Virus record (IMG/VR): IMGVR_UViG_3300026097_000001
DNA length: 64,000 nt
DNA from: a virus
Lineage: Duplodnaviria > Heunggongvirae > Uroviricota > Caudoviricetes
Reading direction: 5' to 3' (one strand)
The translations under genes were made by a program, and so were the position numbers. The notes under the pieces are model-generated. The model was not told the origin of the DNA. It made no database searches and saw only the letters and a list, made by a program, of their open reading frames with translations. How positions within the stretch are numbered: the first letter of the stretch is position 1; every line of letters starts with the position of its first letter. Of the stretch, positions 1 through 7,739 are shown piece by piece.

Positions 1-41
1 CCCAGTGTTAGTGCTGTTAGTACTGTTAATAGTCTCATCGT

Positions 42-233
42 TTACCCTCCAATATAGATTTCGTTCTTTGGCCTGTACCAGTTTTTCTGGTGAAAGATCC
101 TAGCTTTCAGATCCTCGATTTCTTGAACCTCAAACCCTACAGCACCCATTCTATGATGCTGTAGTAGTGTAAGGCCTTCTTCTATTAAGTTAATGTCATT
201 AACATTAAGCTCAAACTGCGTATTTGGTTTCAT
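42..233 (-). CDS. hypothetical small protein
   Basis: 63-aa ORF in the gene-dense minus-strand array; no recognisable motif. Confidence 0.3.
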   Translation of the reverse strand: MKPNTQFELNVNDINLIEEGLTLLQHHRMGAVGFEVQEIEDLKARIFHQKNWYRPKNEIYIGG

Positions 234-339
234 AGTCTCATGCCCGTGTTGTCTGAGTCTTTAGGTTCTTTCACCCAAGCATACGCGATCATACCTGCCA
301 TAAAGCCATACACCATTACAAAGTATAAGGCAGTGGCGA

Positions 340-750
340 TCATGTCCTATTGCCTCGTAGAGCAAAGTACATGCCGCCTACCCAGAGTAAGACGTGAAAG
401 TTATCATACAGCAATACGTATGTAAAACTCTCAGGCTCGCCTACCCAGATAACACCAGTCATGATACCAGTAATAACGATTCCAGAGAAACGTGTAATGA
501 GATCACCCAACTCTTTAAATCGTTTAGTATAGTCCAAGAGACCACCGACAACAAGGCCAACTGCTCCACCGATTTCTCCTAGTACAACAAATGTCCATAC
601 TAAAAGAGTAAGCCCAAACGCTTCTGCCATACCAGCATCGATCGGCCATTTGTCAAAGCCCTGTTGCAAGAATACGACAATCAAAGGAATGCGAATAAGC
701 CAATGACTCATGCAAAACTCTGGTATCTTGTTTACAAATTTCTTAATCAT
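340..750 (-). CDS. integral membrane protein (DoxX-like)
   Basis: 136 aa with four hydrophobic helices; glycine-rich TM segments resemble the DoxX family. Confidence 0.4.
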   Translation of the reverse strand: MIKKFVNKIPEFCMSHWLIRIPLIVVFLQQGFDKWPIDAGMAEAFGLTLLVWTFVVLGEIGGAVGLVVGGLLDYTKRFKELGDLITRFSGIVITGIMTGVIWVGEPESFTYVLLYDNFHVLLWVGGMYFALRGNRT

Positions 751-1011
751 TGCCTAAAACTCCTACTTGCACTCCGGCCTGCCTCGTCTATCGCATTATG
801 CCACAGTGCAGTTTCTAAATTGTTGATTCTGCTGTTAACGCTGCTGGTAGTAGTTGAACAAGAAGCACCGACAAGCAAAAAAGATGCAACGCAGATATAT
901 GTAAGATATTTATTCATTAGTCATGTTCTCCATTTTGTAATACTTTATTATCTACCAGTTACTTCTGGCAAATCTTTAGCCCAGGGGAAAGGTTTGAATT
1001 CCATTAATTTT

Positions 1012-1419
1012 TTACTCATGTTCTCCTCCAGGATCTTTAGAACTCAATTCAATTAGCTCTCCGTTGATCCACATAGTTTGGCGAGTGCGACTTACCGAGT
1101 GATATCCTGGGCGCAAGTTAAAATTTGGTTTTGCCTTCTCGGCTTGGCGAAACGTTACCGCCGTAATCACGACGCCACTGATAAACATCGCGTGTAGAAA
1201 TGCACTTACTCCAAATGCAATATAGCTTCCGAGCATTGCGGCAAAAATTCCACTCCAGATAAAGGCAAGAACTTGAAATATCATATGAGCTACCATAGGA
1301 TCAAAGTTCTTAAGAGGGGAATTTTCGATCGTCATGACAGTATTCCACATTTCCCTCGGCATTGCGCTAAGTTCTGAAATGGTATTCATCAGTCCAATAG
1401 ACTTATATTTATATTCCAT
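1012..1419 (-). CDS. membrane protein
   Basis: 135 aa with 2-3 predicted TM helices; start overlaps the stop of the upstream gene. Confidence 0.4.
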   Translation of the reverse strand: MEYKYKSIGLMNTISELSAMPREMWNTVMTIENSPLKNFDPMVAHMIFQVLAFIWSGIFAAMLGSYIAFGVSAFLHAMFISGVVITAVTFRQAEKAKPNFNLRPGYHSVSRTRQTMWINGELIELSSKDPGGEHE

Positions 1420-1727
1420 TATGCTTCCTTATTTTCAATTTGATTTGAGACAGGAACCATTACAGCTTCTGCAAATCCCATAAATTCTTCGTTGCGAGCA
1501 GCTTCTTCCATTAAATTCGAAGCATGAAAGATGCGCGCCAGTTTGTTAAAATCTTTCTTTGGTACGTTTACCTTTTCGAGAATAGTTTCAGCAATTTCTT
1601 TTTGTAGATCCTTTTCTGCAGAGATACGAGTCATTGAGTCAGACATTTCTCGTAGAGCGTCCTGGATGATTTTTCGATCGTGGTCTGTAACCGTTGAAGG
1701 GAGTGACTGCGGTGTTTGGGTATTCAT
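1419..1727 (-). CDS. hypothetical protein
   Basis: 102-aa charged/helical ORF coupled to its neighbours. Confidence 0.35.
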   Translation of the reverse strand: MNTQTPQSLPSTVTDHDRKIIQDALREMSDSMTRISAEKDLQKEIAETILEKVNVPKKDFNKLARIFHASNLMEEAARNEEFMGFAEAVMVPVSNQIENKEA

Positions 1728-2167
1728 AATGTTCCTTCTTCTCTCATTCGTTTTCTTATTTTAGTTGCGCTTATACTATGTATTGTATCACCAAGATCGT
1801 GTTCTGTCAAGGTATATCCTACACCGCGGCCGTAACTAATATCTACAATATTAGGTACAAACATTATAATATATTCTTCACGGAGCGTAAAGCCCGCGCT
1901 TGCTAATCCTTTTTCAATATTCATAGATACAGTATGGCAATCAAATGGATTATCGTCTTGCGGTGTTGTGCGTCCGGCACCTGCGTCTTCGCCAACGATA
2001 CCGCCTACATCACGAACCATAATACAAACTTGACCTGTTTCTGCAAGTGCTTTTTTAAATAGTTCTGTATGACCGTCGTGCCAAGGTTGCCATCTACCAA
2101 GCATTTGAACTGTTGGTTTTTGATAATCAAACATCGTTATGTATCCTAATATGACGCTCAACAGCAT
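1724..2167 (-). CDS. NadM-type nicotinamide-nucleotide adenylyltransferase-like nucleotidyltransferase
   Basis: GRWQPWHDGH (HxGH nucleotidyltransferase motif) and C-terminal ISATKIRKRM (ISxTxIR motif) align with archaeal/phage NMNAT; true start is probably the internal MFDYQ. Confidence 0.6.
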   Translation of the reverse strand: MLLSVILGYITMFDYQKPTVQMLGRWQPWHDGHTELFKKALAETGQVCIMVRDVGGIVGEDAGAGRTTPQDDNPFDCHTVSMNIEKGLASAGFTLREEYIIMFVPNIVDISYGRGVGYTLTEHDLGDTIHSISATKIRKRMREEGTL

Positions 2168-2555
2168 TTGCTAAAGTTTCGTCTGTGTTATCAAACCACT
2201 TAGTTACATGATAATCTACTTTATTTGGTTTTTGAAACATGCTATTCGTATCACTAAAACGACCTTTTTCGATAGTATCCATCCAAACGGTGTAGTCAGC
2301 GTTGAAGATATCACGTGTTTCTTCAAGTGGGCATACGAAGTCGCATATGACAGTGCGTTTCATTTCTAATTCAAAATCTGCTAATGATTTCATACGATAC
2401 GCTTGGCGAAGTCTAGCAGCTTCACTAAACTCCCAATCGTTGGCCATGTGTCTAACTGTGTCTGCGTTAAACCAGGCACAATTAAGACGAGCCTGGAGTC
2501 GTTCAGCTAACCAAGTTTTACCGGAACCGGGGAGTCCCATAATTAGAATCTTCAT
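2127..2555 (-). CDS. P-loop nucleotide/nucleoside kinase, possibly ribosylnicotinamide kinase
   Basis: Walker A motif MGLPGSGKTW at the N-terminus; 142 aa; overlaps the NMNAT gene by 41 nt (NadR-like split arrangement). Confidence 0.5.
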   Translation of the reverse strand: MKILIMGLPGSGKTWLAERLQARLNCAWFNADTVRHMANDWEFSEAARLRQAYRMKSLADFELEMKRTVICDFVCPLEETRDIFNADYTVWMDTIEKGRFSDTNSMFQKPNKVDYHVTKWFDNTDETLANAVERHIRIHNDV

Positions 2556-2569
2556 TATATAACCTCAGA

Positions 2570-2926
2570 TTAATCTTTTACTAGTTTTATAATTCCAAAA
2601 ACATTTGTCAATAAAAAAATCGCGGAGTGTGCAAACATAAATCCAGAAAAAACCGTATATCCTAACGTATACACGTGGTAAGATGATGCTAAGTATAGAA
2701 TGGCAATGAGCACTGAAAGCGAATAGTTGCCAGTTTCTTCATCCGGTTCAGAACCAACTAGGCCAGAAAATAAACTCGATGCCGCGATTGATTGCATAAA
2801 CGCGATGTAGCCAATCATTCCCATCACAGGATACATTGCCCAATCTATTCCGTAGGAAGAAGCATATAAAGCAGCGCATTGTATTAGCGCATTTATGACG
2901 GCAGACGGCGCAGTGTTTGAAAACAT
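2570..2926 (-). CDS. membrane protein
   Basis: 118 aa, 3-4 hydrophobic helices. Confidence 0.4.
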   Translation of the reverse strand: MFSNTAPSAVINALIQCAALYASSYGIDWAMYPVMGMIGYIAFMQSIAASSLFSGLVGSEPDEETGNYSLSVLIAILYLASSYHVYTLGYTVFSGFMFAHSAIFLLTNVFGIIKLVKD

Positions 2927-2938
2927 TATATATTACCT

Positions 2939-4138
2939 TTATTTGGTTAAAACTTCTTTTAGTGCAGTTACCAGTTCCATCATCATTACATCTGTATGAT
3001 ACGGTGTAGGTGCTATCCGAAGTCTTTCTGTTCCAACTTCTACAGTTGGGCTATTGATTGCTTGTATGTATATTCCATACTCATTGAGTAGTCTATCGCT
3101 TGCTTCCTTTGCCTTAAATGCGTCGTTAACCATGACTGGGACAATATGAGTACATGCGTTTGGGTGTACTGGTATATCGTACTCTTGCAACATTTGTTTG
3201 AGTTTCTTGGCTTTCGATTGATGTTCGTCTCTTAAAGATGAATGATCCTTGAGGTAATTTATAGAGGCGAGAGCCCCTGCGCATAATACCGGTGACATAC
3301 TAGTGGTAAAGATAAATCCACTTGCAACAGATCGAATAGCATCAACAATTTCTTTATTTGCCGCAATGTAACCTCCTTGAACTCCAAATGCTTTTCCTAG
3401 AGTTCCGTTAATTATGTCTATATCATCGGCCCATAGGTTGAGTTCTTCACACATTCCTCCACCATGTTTACCGTATAATCCAACCGCATGAACTTCGTCA
3501 ATGTAAGTTAGAGCATCATACTTCTTTGCCAACGCAACGATATCTTTAATTGGACTTACATCCCCATCCATACTATAGACGGACTCAAAAACGATAACAG
3601 GATTTAGTTTTTCTTTTACGGCATTCTTTAACTGAGTCTCCAGATCTTCCATATCGTTATGTTGAAATACTTTCTTCTCTGCTCGAGAATGTTTCATTCC
3701 CATAATTAAAGAAGCATGGTTTTTATTATCTGAAATGAAACAAATGTCTGGTATGATGCGTGATAGTGCAACTAGCGACCATTCGTTTGCAACATACGCG
3801 CTTGTGAATAGCAACGCTCCGCTTCTACTGTGTAGTGAGGCCAACTCACGCTCAAGAGTTACATGATAGTGAGAAGTACCACCTATGTTTCTCGTTCCAC
3901 CGGATCCTGCGCCGGTTTGGTCAAGAGCTGTATGCATAGAGTCGATCACGAACCGGTTCTGTCCCATTCCTAGGTAATCGTTTGAGCACCAGTTAATTAT
4001 GTTCTTTGGCGCATACTTACCATACCATATAGATCGAGGAAAGTTACCACGTTCTCTCAGTATATCGTTGAAGACTCGGTAACGCCCGTCGTCTTTAAAG
4101 TCCTTTATGGTCTGATTGAAGTATTCTGAGTATTTCAT
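2939..4138 (-). CDS. hemA: 5-aminolevulinate synthase (class II PLP aminotransferase, Shemin pathway)
   Basis: 399 aa with [28 protein letters not shown] and the PLP-lysine region TLGKAFG, all characteristic of ALAS/KBL/BioF-family enzymes and best matching ALAS. Confidence 0.8.
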   Translation of the reverse strand: MKYSEYFNQTIKDFKDDGRYRVFNDILRERGNFPRSIWYGKYAPKNIINWCSNDYLGMGQNRFVIDSMHTALDQTGAGSGGTRNIGGTSHYHVTLERELASLHSRSGALLFTSAYVANEWSLVALSRIIPDICFISDNKNHASLIMGMKHSRAEKKVFQHNDMEDLETQLKNAVKEKLNPVIVFESVYSMDGDVSPIKDIVALAKKYDALTYIDEVHAVGLYGKHGGGMCEELNLWADDIDIINGTLGKAFGVQGGYIAANKEIVDAIRSVASGFIFTTSMSPVLCAGALASINYLKDHSSLRDEHQSKAKKLKQMLQEYDIPVHPNACTHIVPVMVNDAFKAKEASDRLLNEYGIYIQAINSPTVEVGTERLRIAPTPYHTDVMMMELVTALKEVLTK

Positions 4139-4144
4139 AGCTGT

Positions 4145-4200
4145 GCCTTCGCAAACAAATGTTAAATAGCTTGTATAAACATATATTTATTTGCGAAGGC
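4145..4200 (-). promoter_or_regulatory. RBS-sequestering hairpin with AATAAATA box at the 5' arm/loop junction, in the ALAS leader
   Basis: 11-bp perfect IR gccttcgcaaa/tttgcgaaggc with a 34-nt loop; the 3' arm carries SD AAGG 7 nt before the hemA ATG; the minus-strand loop begins TAAATATATG. Confidence 0.55.
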
Positions 4201-4202
4201 TT

Positions 4203-4304
4203 TCTTTAGATATGAACGATACCCAATGGATCGACAAAGATAAGGATGGACGCTATAGCCAATCCAATGACTATAGCAAAAGTTGTGTCCGTAATATTAG
4301 GCAT
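4203..4304 (-). CDS. possible 33-aa hydrophobic peptide (not in the ORF track)
   Basis: ATG at 4304..4302 then MPNITDTTFAIVIGLAIASILIFVDPLGIVHI; single TM; lies between the DUF932 gene and the ALAS leader. Confidence 0.2.
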
Positions 4305-5247
4305 CGGCCATCTCCAGTGCAAGATCCAAGGCGTCAACCTTGCGCTTTGCGTTTCCACCGAACCAGGCAGAAGCCATACGAGTATCGGCAGAACGACCCA
4401 GTTTATGGTCAGTCATATATGTAACCGCGTTGTATGCGTTCCACCATGTTCCTGGAGCAAAGTGATCGCCTGGTTGGTCCTCAACGATTGACATTGCTTC
4501 TTTTGCGTTACGAGCAAGTTCTTCTTTTTCTTTTGAAGATTTGCCGAATACAACGCCAAAGAACTGAGTCAGTTGCTCATCGGTGTAACGCTTTGATCCA
4601 AGGAACTCTGCGGCTTCTTTGAACTTCTCGACCTTGTTGTGACCGAGGCCAAGGATTTCCTTGACGCGACCCGCATCGAATACCGAGCGGTGGTTGACGC
4701 GAACAGAAGGTTGACCTGCTTCGTTAAGAGCAACTGCGAGTGTGTTGTTACAGACTACGCGTTCCATGACGAACTTGATGTCAATAGACTTACCATAGAT
4801 ATGTGGGTTGGAGAACAGGAGGTAACCTTTTACTTCATCACCATTGAACAGAGAAAATCCATCCTTAACATCTGCAAGAGCCCAGACTAACCGGCCATCC
4901 TTAAGAGAACCTGCAGTATCCATGATCATGTCGCCACCGGATACAAATTCATTAAAGAACTCAAAAGCTTCTTCATTTTGAACTGGGTTCCAACCTGGTC
5001 CTACTTGCGTAAGGATCTTTCCGTCAGTAGAACGAACCAACGCTTGTTGTCCGGTCGCAACGTTATCGCCTTTGTAGCGAATAAAGGTATCTACCTTTTC
5101 CACTCCCCAATCGAGGCCTGCTGCCTCCATCATTTGTTGAGGAGTCATGTCGTCTCCAACTGGAGTACCAAGACCATGCCAAGGAAGTCCTTTGCTTTCA
5201 CGGTATGCCATCTGTGCTTCACCGTTAACGATCTCAAGTTCGTGCAT
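4297..5247 (-). CDS. DUF932 phage/plasmid-like protein
   Basis: 316 aa opening MHELEIVNGEAQMAYRESKGLPWHGLGT, typical of the DUF932/TIGR03299 family found in phages and ICEs. Confidence 0.6.
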   Translation of the reverse strand: MHELEIVNGEAQMAYRESKGLPWHGLGTPVGDDMTPQQMMEAAGLDWGVEKVDTFIRYKGDNVATGQQALVRSTDGKILTQVGPGWNPVQNEEAFEFFNEFVSGGDMIMDTAGSLKDGRLVWALADVKDGFSLFNGDEVKGYLLFSNPHIYGKSIDIKFVMERVVCNNTLAVALNEAGQPSVRVNHRSVFDAGRVKEILGLGHNKVEKFKEAAEFLGSKRYTDEQLTQFFGVVFGKSSKEKEELARNAKEAMSIVEDQPGDHFAPGTWWNAYNAVTYMTDHKLGRSADTRMASAWFGGNAKRKVDALDLALEMADA

Positions 5248-5285
5248 TTTATATTTCCTTCAGTTTGTTTTCATCTGATATAAAC

Positions 5286-5314
5286 AATATAACTGATTCT
5301 AAACGAAATGTCAA
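5286..5314 (-). promoter_or_regulatory. early promoter cassette (sigma70-like TTGACA-17-TATATT)
   Basis: Minus strand gTTGACAtttcgtttagaatcagtTATATTg; member of the reiterated ~45-bp family; upstream of the DUF932 gene. Confidence 0.6.
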
Positions 5315-5332
5315 CAACTTTTTTCGTTTAGA

Positions 5333-5530
5333 TTAAGAATTTTCAACTCGATCACGTTGCATCTGAACGATCATTTGTAGTTCGGCATTCTCTGCTTTTT
5401 CTTGCAGTTCATCTGCGAGGTCCATGATTTTGAACGCAGGTATCTTTGAGTTAGGCCCATCAGTGCTACGAATTAGTTCACGTAGTTTTTTCACCATTTC
5501 ATAGTATTCAATCATAATGTATCCTTTCAT
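5333..5530 (-). CDS. hypothetical protein
   Basis: 65-aa ORF directly behind an early-promoter cassette. Confidence 0.35.
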   Translation of the reverse strand: MKGYIMIEYYEMVKKLRELIRSTDGPNSKIPAFKIMDLADELQEKAENAELQMIVQMQRDRVENS

Positions 5531-5541
5531 TTGATATAATT

Positions 5542-5570
5542 ATACTACACTGATTCTAAACGAATGTAAA
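5542..5570 (-). promoter_or_regulatory. early promoter cassette, variant (TTTACA-17-TAGTAT)
   Basis: Diverged copy of the conserved cassette with the same leader tcatttgatataat; upstream of 5333..5530. Confidence 0.45.
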
Positions 5571-5578
5571 GGAAAAAG

Positions 5579-5878
5579 TTAGTGGATCTCAGTAGAAATC
5601 ATTTGAATGGAATCTATCATGGCATGAGTATACTTTGCGTATCCGTTCTTCAATAGCTCAGTAACGTCTATATACTTGTCGTTTGTAGCTATCTCTATAA
5701 CAAAGAAGTTCTTTTCGTCGCCATTCATATATTCGTCTATGAACTCTTGTGCGTCTCTCTTCGTCTCAAAACTAAACGCCTTTGACAGACCAAAGACGTC
5801 ATTCTTTGCGAATACTCCATGATTCTTAAACGCGCCCAGGAAGAAACCAAGATCTTCTTCAGCTATCGTATACCGCAT
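5579..5878 (-). CDS. hypothetical protein
   Basis: 99-aa ORF in the early operon. Confidence 0.35.
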   Translation of the reverse strand: MRYTIAEEDLGFFLGAFKNHGVFAKNDVFGLSKAFSFETKRDAQEFIDEYMNGDEKNFFVIEIATNDKYIDVTELLKNGYAKYTHAMIDSIQMISTEIH

Positions 5879-5903
5879 CCAATTTACCTTTCAGTAGTTA
5901 ATC

Positions 5904-6461
5904 TTAAGCAGCAACTTCAAACCATTCCGGTACTTCTCTTTTTGTCCAAGCCATTTTAAAACGATGTTGCTTTGTTTGATAAAATTTTCTGTAGGACTCG
6001 ACTATATTATTTGGATCCATGCATTCTGGGTTTGACGTCATGGCAAGAGGTTGAGGAGTCATAGGACCGACTGGAATATTCTCAGGCAAAGCTTTGAGAA
6101 CATCGCGCAGTTGCGTATCGGTTGCATGGACCCTTTCATATCGGTATTTATATTCGTCGCAAAGTGCAGCAAAGTGGATCCAATGCCAGTTGTAGTTGTT
6201 GTTTGATTTCATAGTCCATACACTACATGGATGGTACATATGAACAGCCTTGTATAAAGTGTTCTCGCGCCAGTCTGGCATCCGCCAGTATTTAACGATG
6301 GTCTTACCGGACTTTGACGGCCTTCGCTCTAGATCTCCGTCTAGCATACGGTGAGCCGTTGATAACATCTGTGCTGATTCTACGATCATTTTCACGATAT
6401 GAGTATTGCACTGCAGTTGCGCAGATATCACCGGGTCCTTATCTAATATGAATATGTTCAT
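5904..6461 (-). CDS. conserved phage protein, function unknown
   Basis: 185 aa; N-terminal MNIFILDKDPVISAQLQCNTHIVKMIVESAQMLSTAH looks like a recurrent phage family I cannot name with confidence. Confidence 0.4.
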   Translation of the reverse strand: MNIFILDKDPVISAQLQCNTHIVKMIVESAQMLSTAHRMLDGDLERRPSKSGKTIVKYWRMPDWRENTLYKAVHMYHPCSVWTMKSNNNYNWHWIHFAALCDEYKYRYERVHATDTQLRDVLKALPENIPVGPMTPQPLAMTSNPECMDPNNIVESYRKFYQTKQHRFKMAWTKREVPEWFEVAA

Positions 6462-6646
6462 TACTTTACACCAAGAATTCCTAGCTCAACCGATTTGATA
6501 TGATTACATTTATATATCATTCTCTTCATACAGGTACACGAAAAACCGTCGTCACTCATCGTTACCTCGCAGTTACGAAAGGGCCATGATACTCCATTAA
6601 AAATATGATTTACGGTGTTAATGTATTTAGATTCAAAATACTTCAT
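6461..6646 (-). CDS. hypothetical Cys-rich small protein
   Basis: 61 aa; start/stop overlaps with both neighbours. Confidence 0.3.
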   Translation of the reverse strand: MKYFESKYINTVNHIFNGVSWPFRNCEVTMSDDGFSCTCMKRMIYKCNHIKSVELGILGVK

Positions 6647-6647
6647 C

Positions 6648-6953
6648 TTATGCCATTACCTTTTCGTACCAATCCGGGTTCTTATCTTTGAGGATAGCTA
6701 CTGGAGCCATTCCGAACATGTAAGCATTTGCATAATCTTCGACCGTATGGTTTGCAATCAGCTCTTTGAGAAACTTAGCCTTTGTGATAGGACCTTTATG
6801 CTTAAAGCGCGCAATGAAAAGATCGATGCCGGTACCAACACGACTTGGGTGAACACCTGGTTTGTCTTCATAAACAGGGCGACCTTCGTAGTCACCAGTA
6901 TATGTGAGGTATCCACCGTGGTACGAGAATTTTGTTTTGTCAAACTTTGTCAT
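6648..6953 (-). CDS. hypothetical protein
   Basis: 101 aa; first gene behind the early promoter at 6981-7009. Confidence 0.4.
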   Translation of the reverse strand: MTKFDKTKFSYHGGYLTYTGDYEGRPVYEDKPGVHPSRVGTGIDLFIARFKHKGPITKAKFLKELIANHTVEDYANAYMFGMAPVAILKDKNPDWYEKVMA

Positions 6954-6980
6954 GTTAGTTTCCTTTCATTTGATATAATC

Positions 6981-7009
6981 AATATAACTGATTCTAAATG
7001 AAATGTCAA
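6981..7009 (-). promoter_or_regulatory. early promoter cassette (TTGACA-17-TATATT)
   Basis: Full consensus copy; the TGA stop of the 7006..7677 gene lies inside the -35 hexamer; followed by the leader GATTATATCAAATGAAAGGA and the ATG of 6648..6953. Confidence 0.65.
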
Positions 7010-7677
7010 CCGTATTCATACATCTCTTTGTATTTTTTTCTTACTGAAAGGAAATGCTGCAGGTAATCATATGTGTTTACTTTAAATATCTGTGGTTCAG
7101 AACCGTCTACGGTAATTAGAATAACACCCTGTTTGATCGCTACACCGGTTCTTTCGTAGAAGGCTGCAGCATAGAAGGCCGCTTGGATGAAGTAGTTCGT
7201 AATCCATTCCTTCTTCTTTGGTTTACGAGAAGTCTTAAAGTCAATGATAGACAGTTCACCCTCGAACTCTGCGATACAGTCTACCTGACCAGCGCATTTA
7301 AGACGGTCACTATACAGAAAGGTCTCCTGCATCCATATGTTATCTACCTTTTCGTCAAGAACGTCTTTTAACTGGCCGAACGAAAATAGGTTGGCCGGCA
7401 TATGACCTTTTTGCCAATCGCTCTCGTTGTTTAAATAATCTTCGGCGAGTTTGTGAACAGCAGTACCACGTGTTGCGGCCTGAGTAGAGATCCTATTTGC
7501 CTCTTCCTCGCCTACGCGTTTACGCCATGCCTGAATTGAATCTTTGCCAAGGATAGACAGTACCGTTGTGATAGAAGGGTACGCGTTTCCTTCAGGAGTG
7601 TAATACTTTCTCCCAGTTTCTGTAGTCTTTCGAGTAATCTCTGGAAGAGTTATTCCGTGGTCTTTGTGAGTAAACAT
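7006..7677 (-). CDS. PD-(D/E)XK nuclease (Cas4/YqaJ-like exonuclease)
   Basis: 223 aa with D...EFEGELSIIDFKTS (D-ExK motif) and C-terminal QAAFYAAAF. Confidence 0.6.
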   Translation of the reverse strand: MFTHKDHGITLPEITRKTTETGRKYYTPEGNAYPSITTVLSILGKDSIQAWRKRVGEEEANRISTQAATRGTAVHKLAEDYLNNESDWQKGHMPANLFSFGQLKDVLDEKVDNIWMQETFLYSDRLKCAGQVDCIAEFEGELSIIDFKTSRKPKKKEWITNYFIQAAFYAAAFYERTGVAIKQGVILITVDGSEPQIFKVNTYDYLQHFLSVRKKYKEMYEYG

Positions 7678-7705
7678 ATCTATATTCCTTTAGTAATCTT
7701 TTCTA

Positions 7706-7734
7706 TAGTATACTAATATGAAAGAAATGTCAAC
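7706..7734 (-). promoter_or_regulatory. early promoter cassette (TTGACA-17-TACTAT)
   Basis: -35 at 7729-7734; upstream of the PD-(D/E)XK nuclease gene. Confidence 0.5.
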
Positions 7735-7739
7735 CGTTA

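Noticed and set aside
1406-1413. TATAAATA late-promoter box at 1406-1413 and another at 17666-17673
   Set aside because: The first lies inside the first codons of ORF 1012-1419 and the second spans the stop codon of the HAD gene just upstream of a terminator. Neither has the hairpin-switch context, so they may be chance occurrences in AT-rich sequence.
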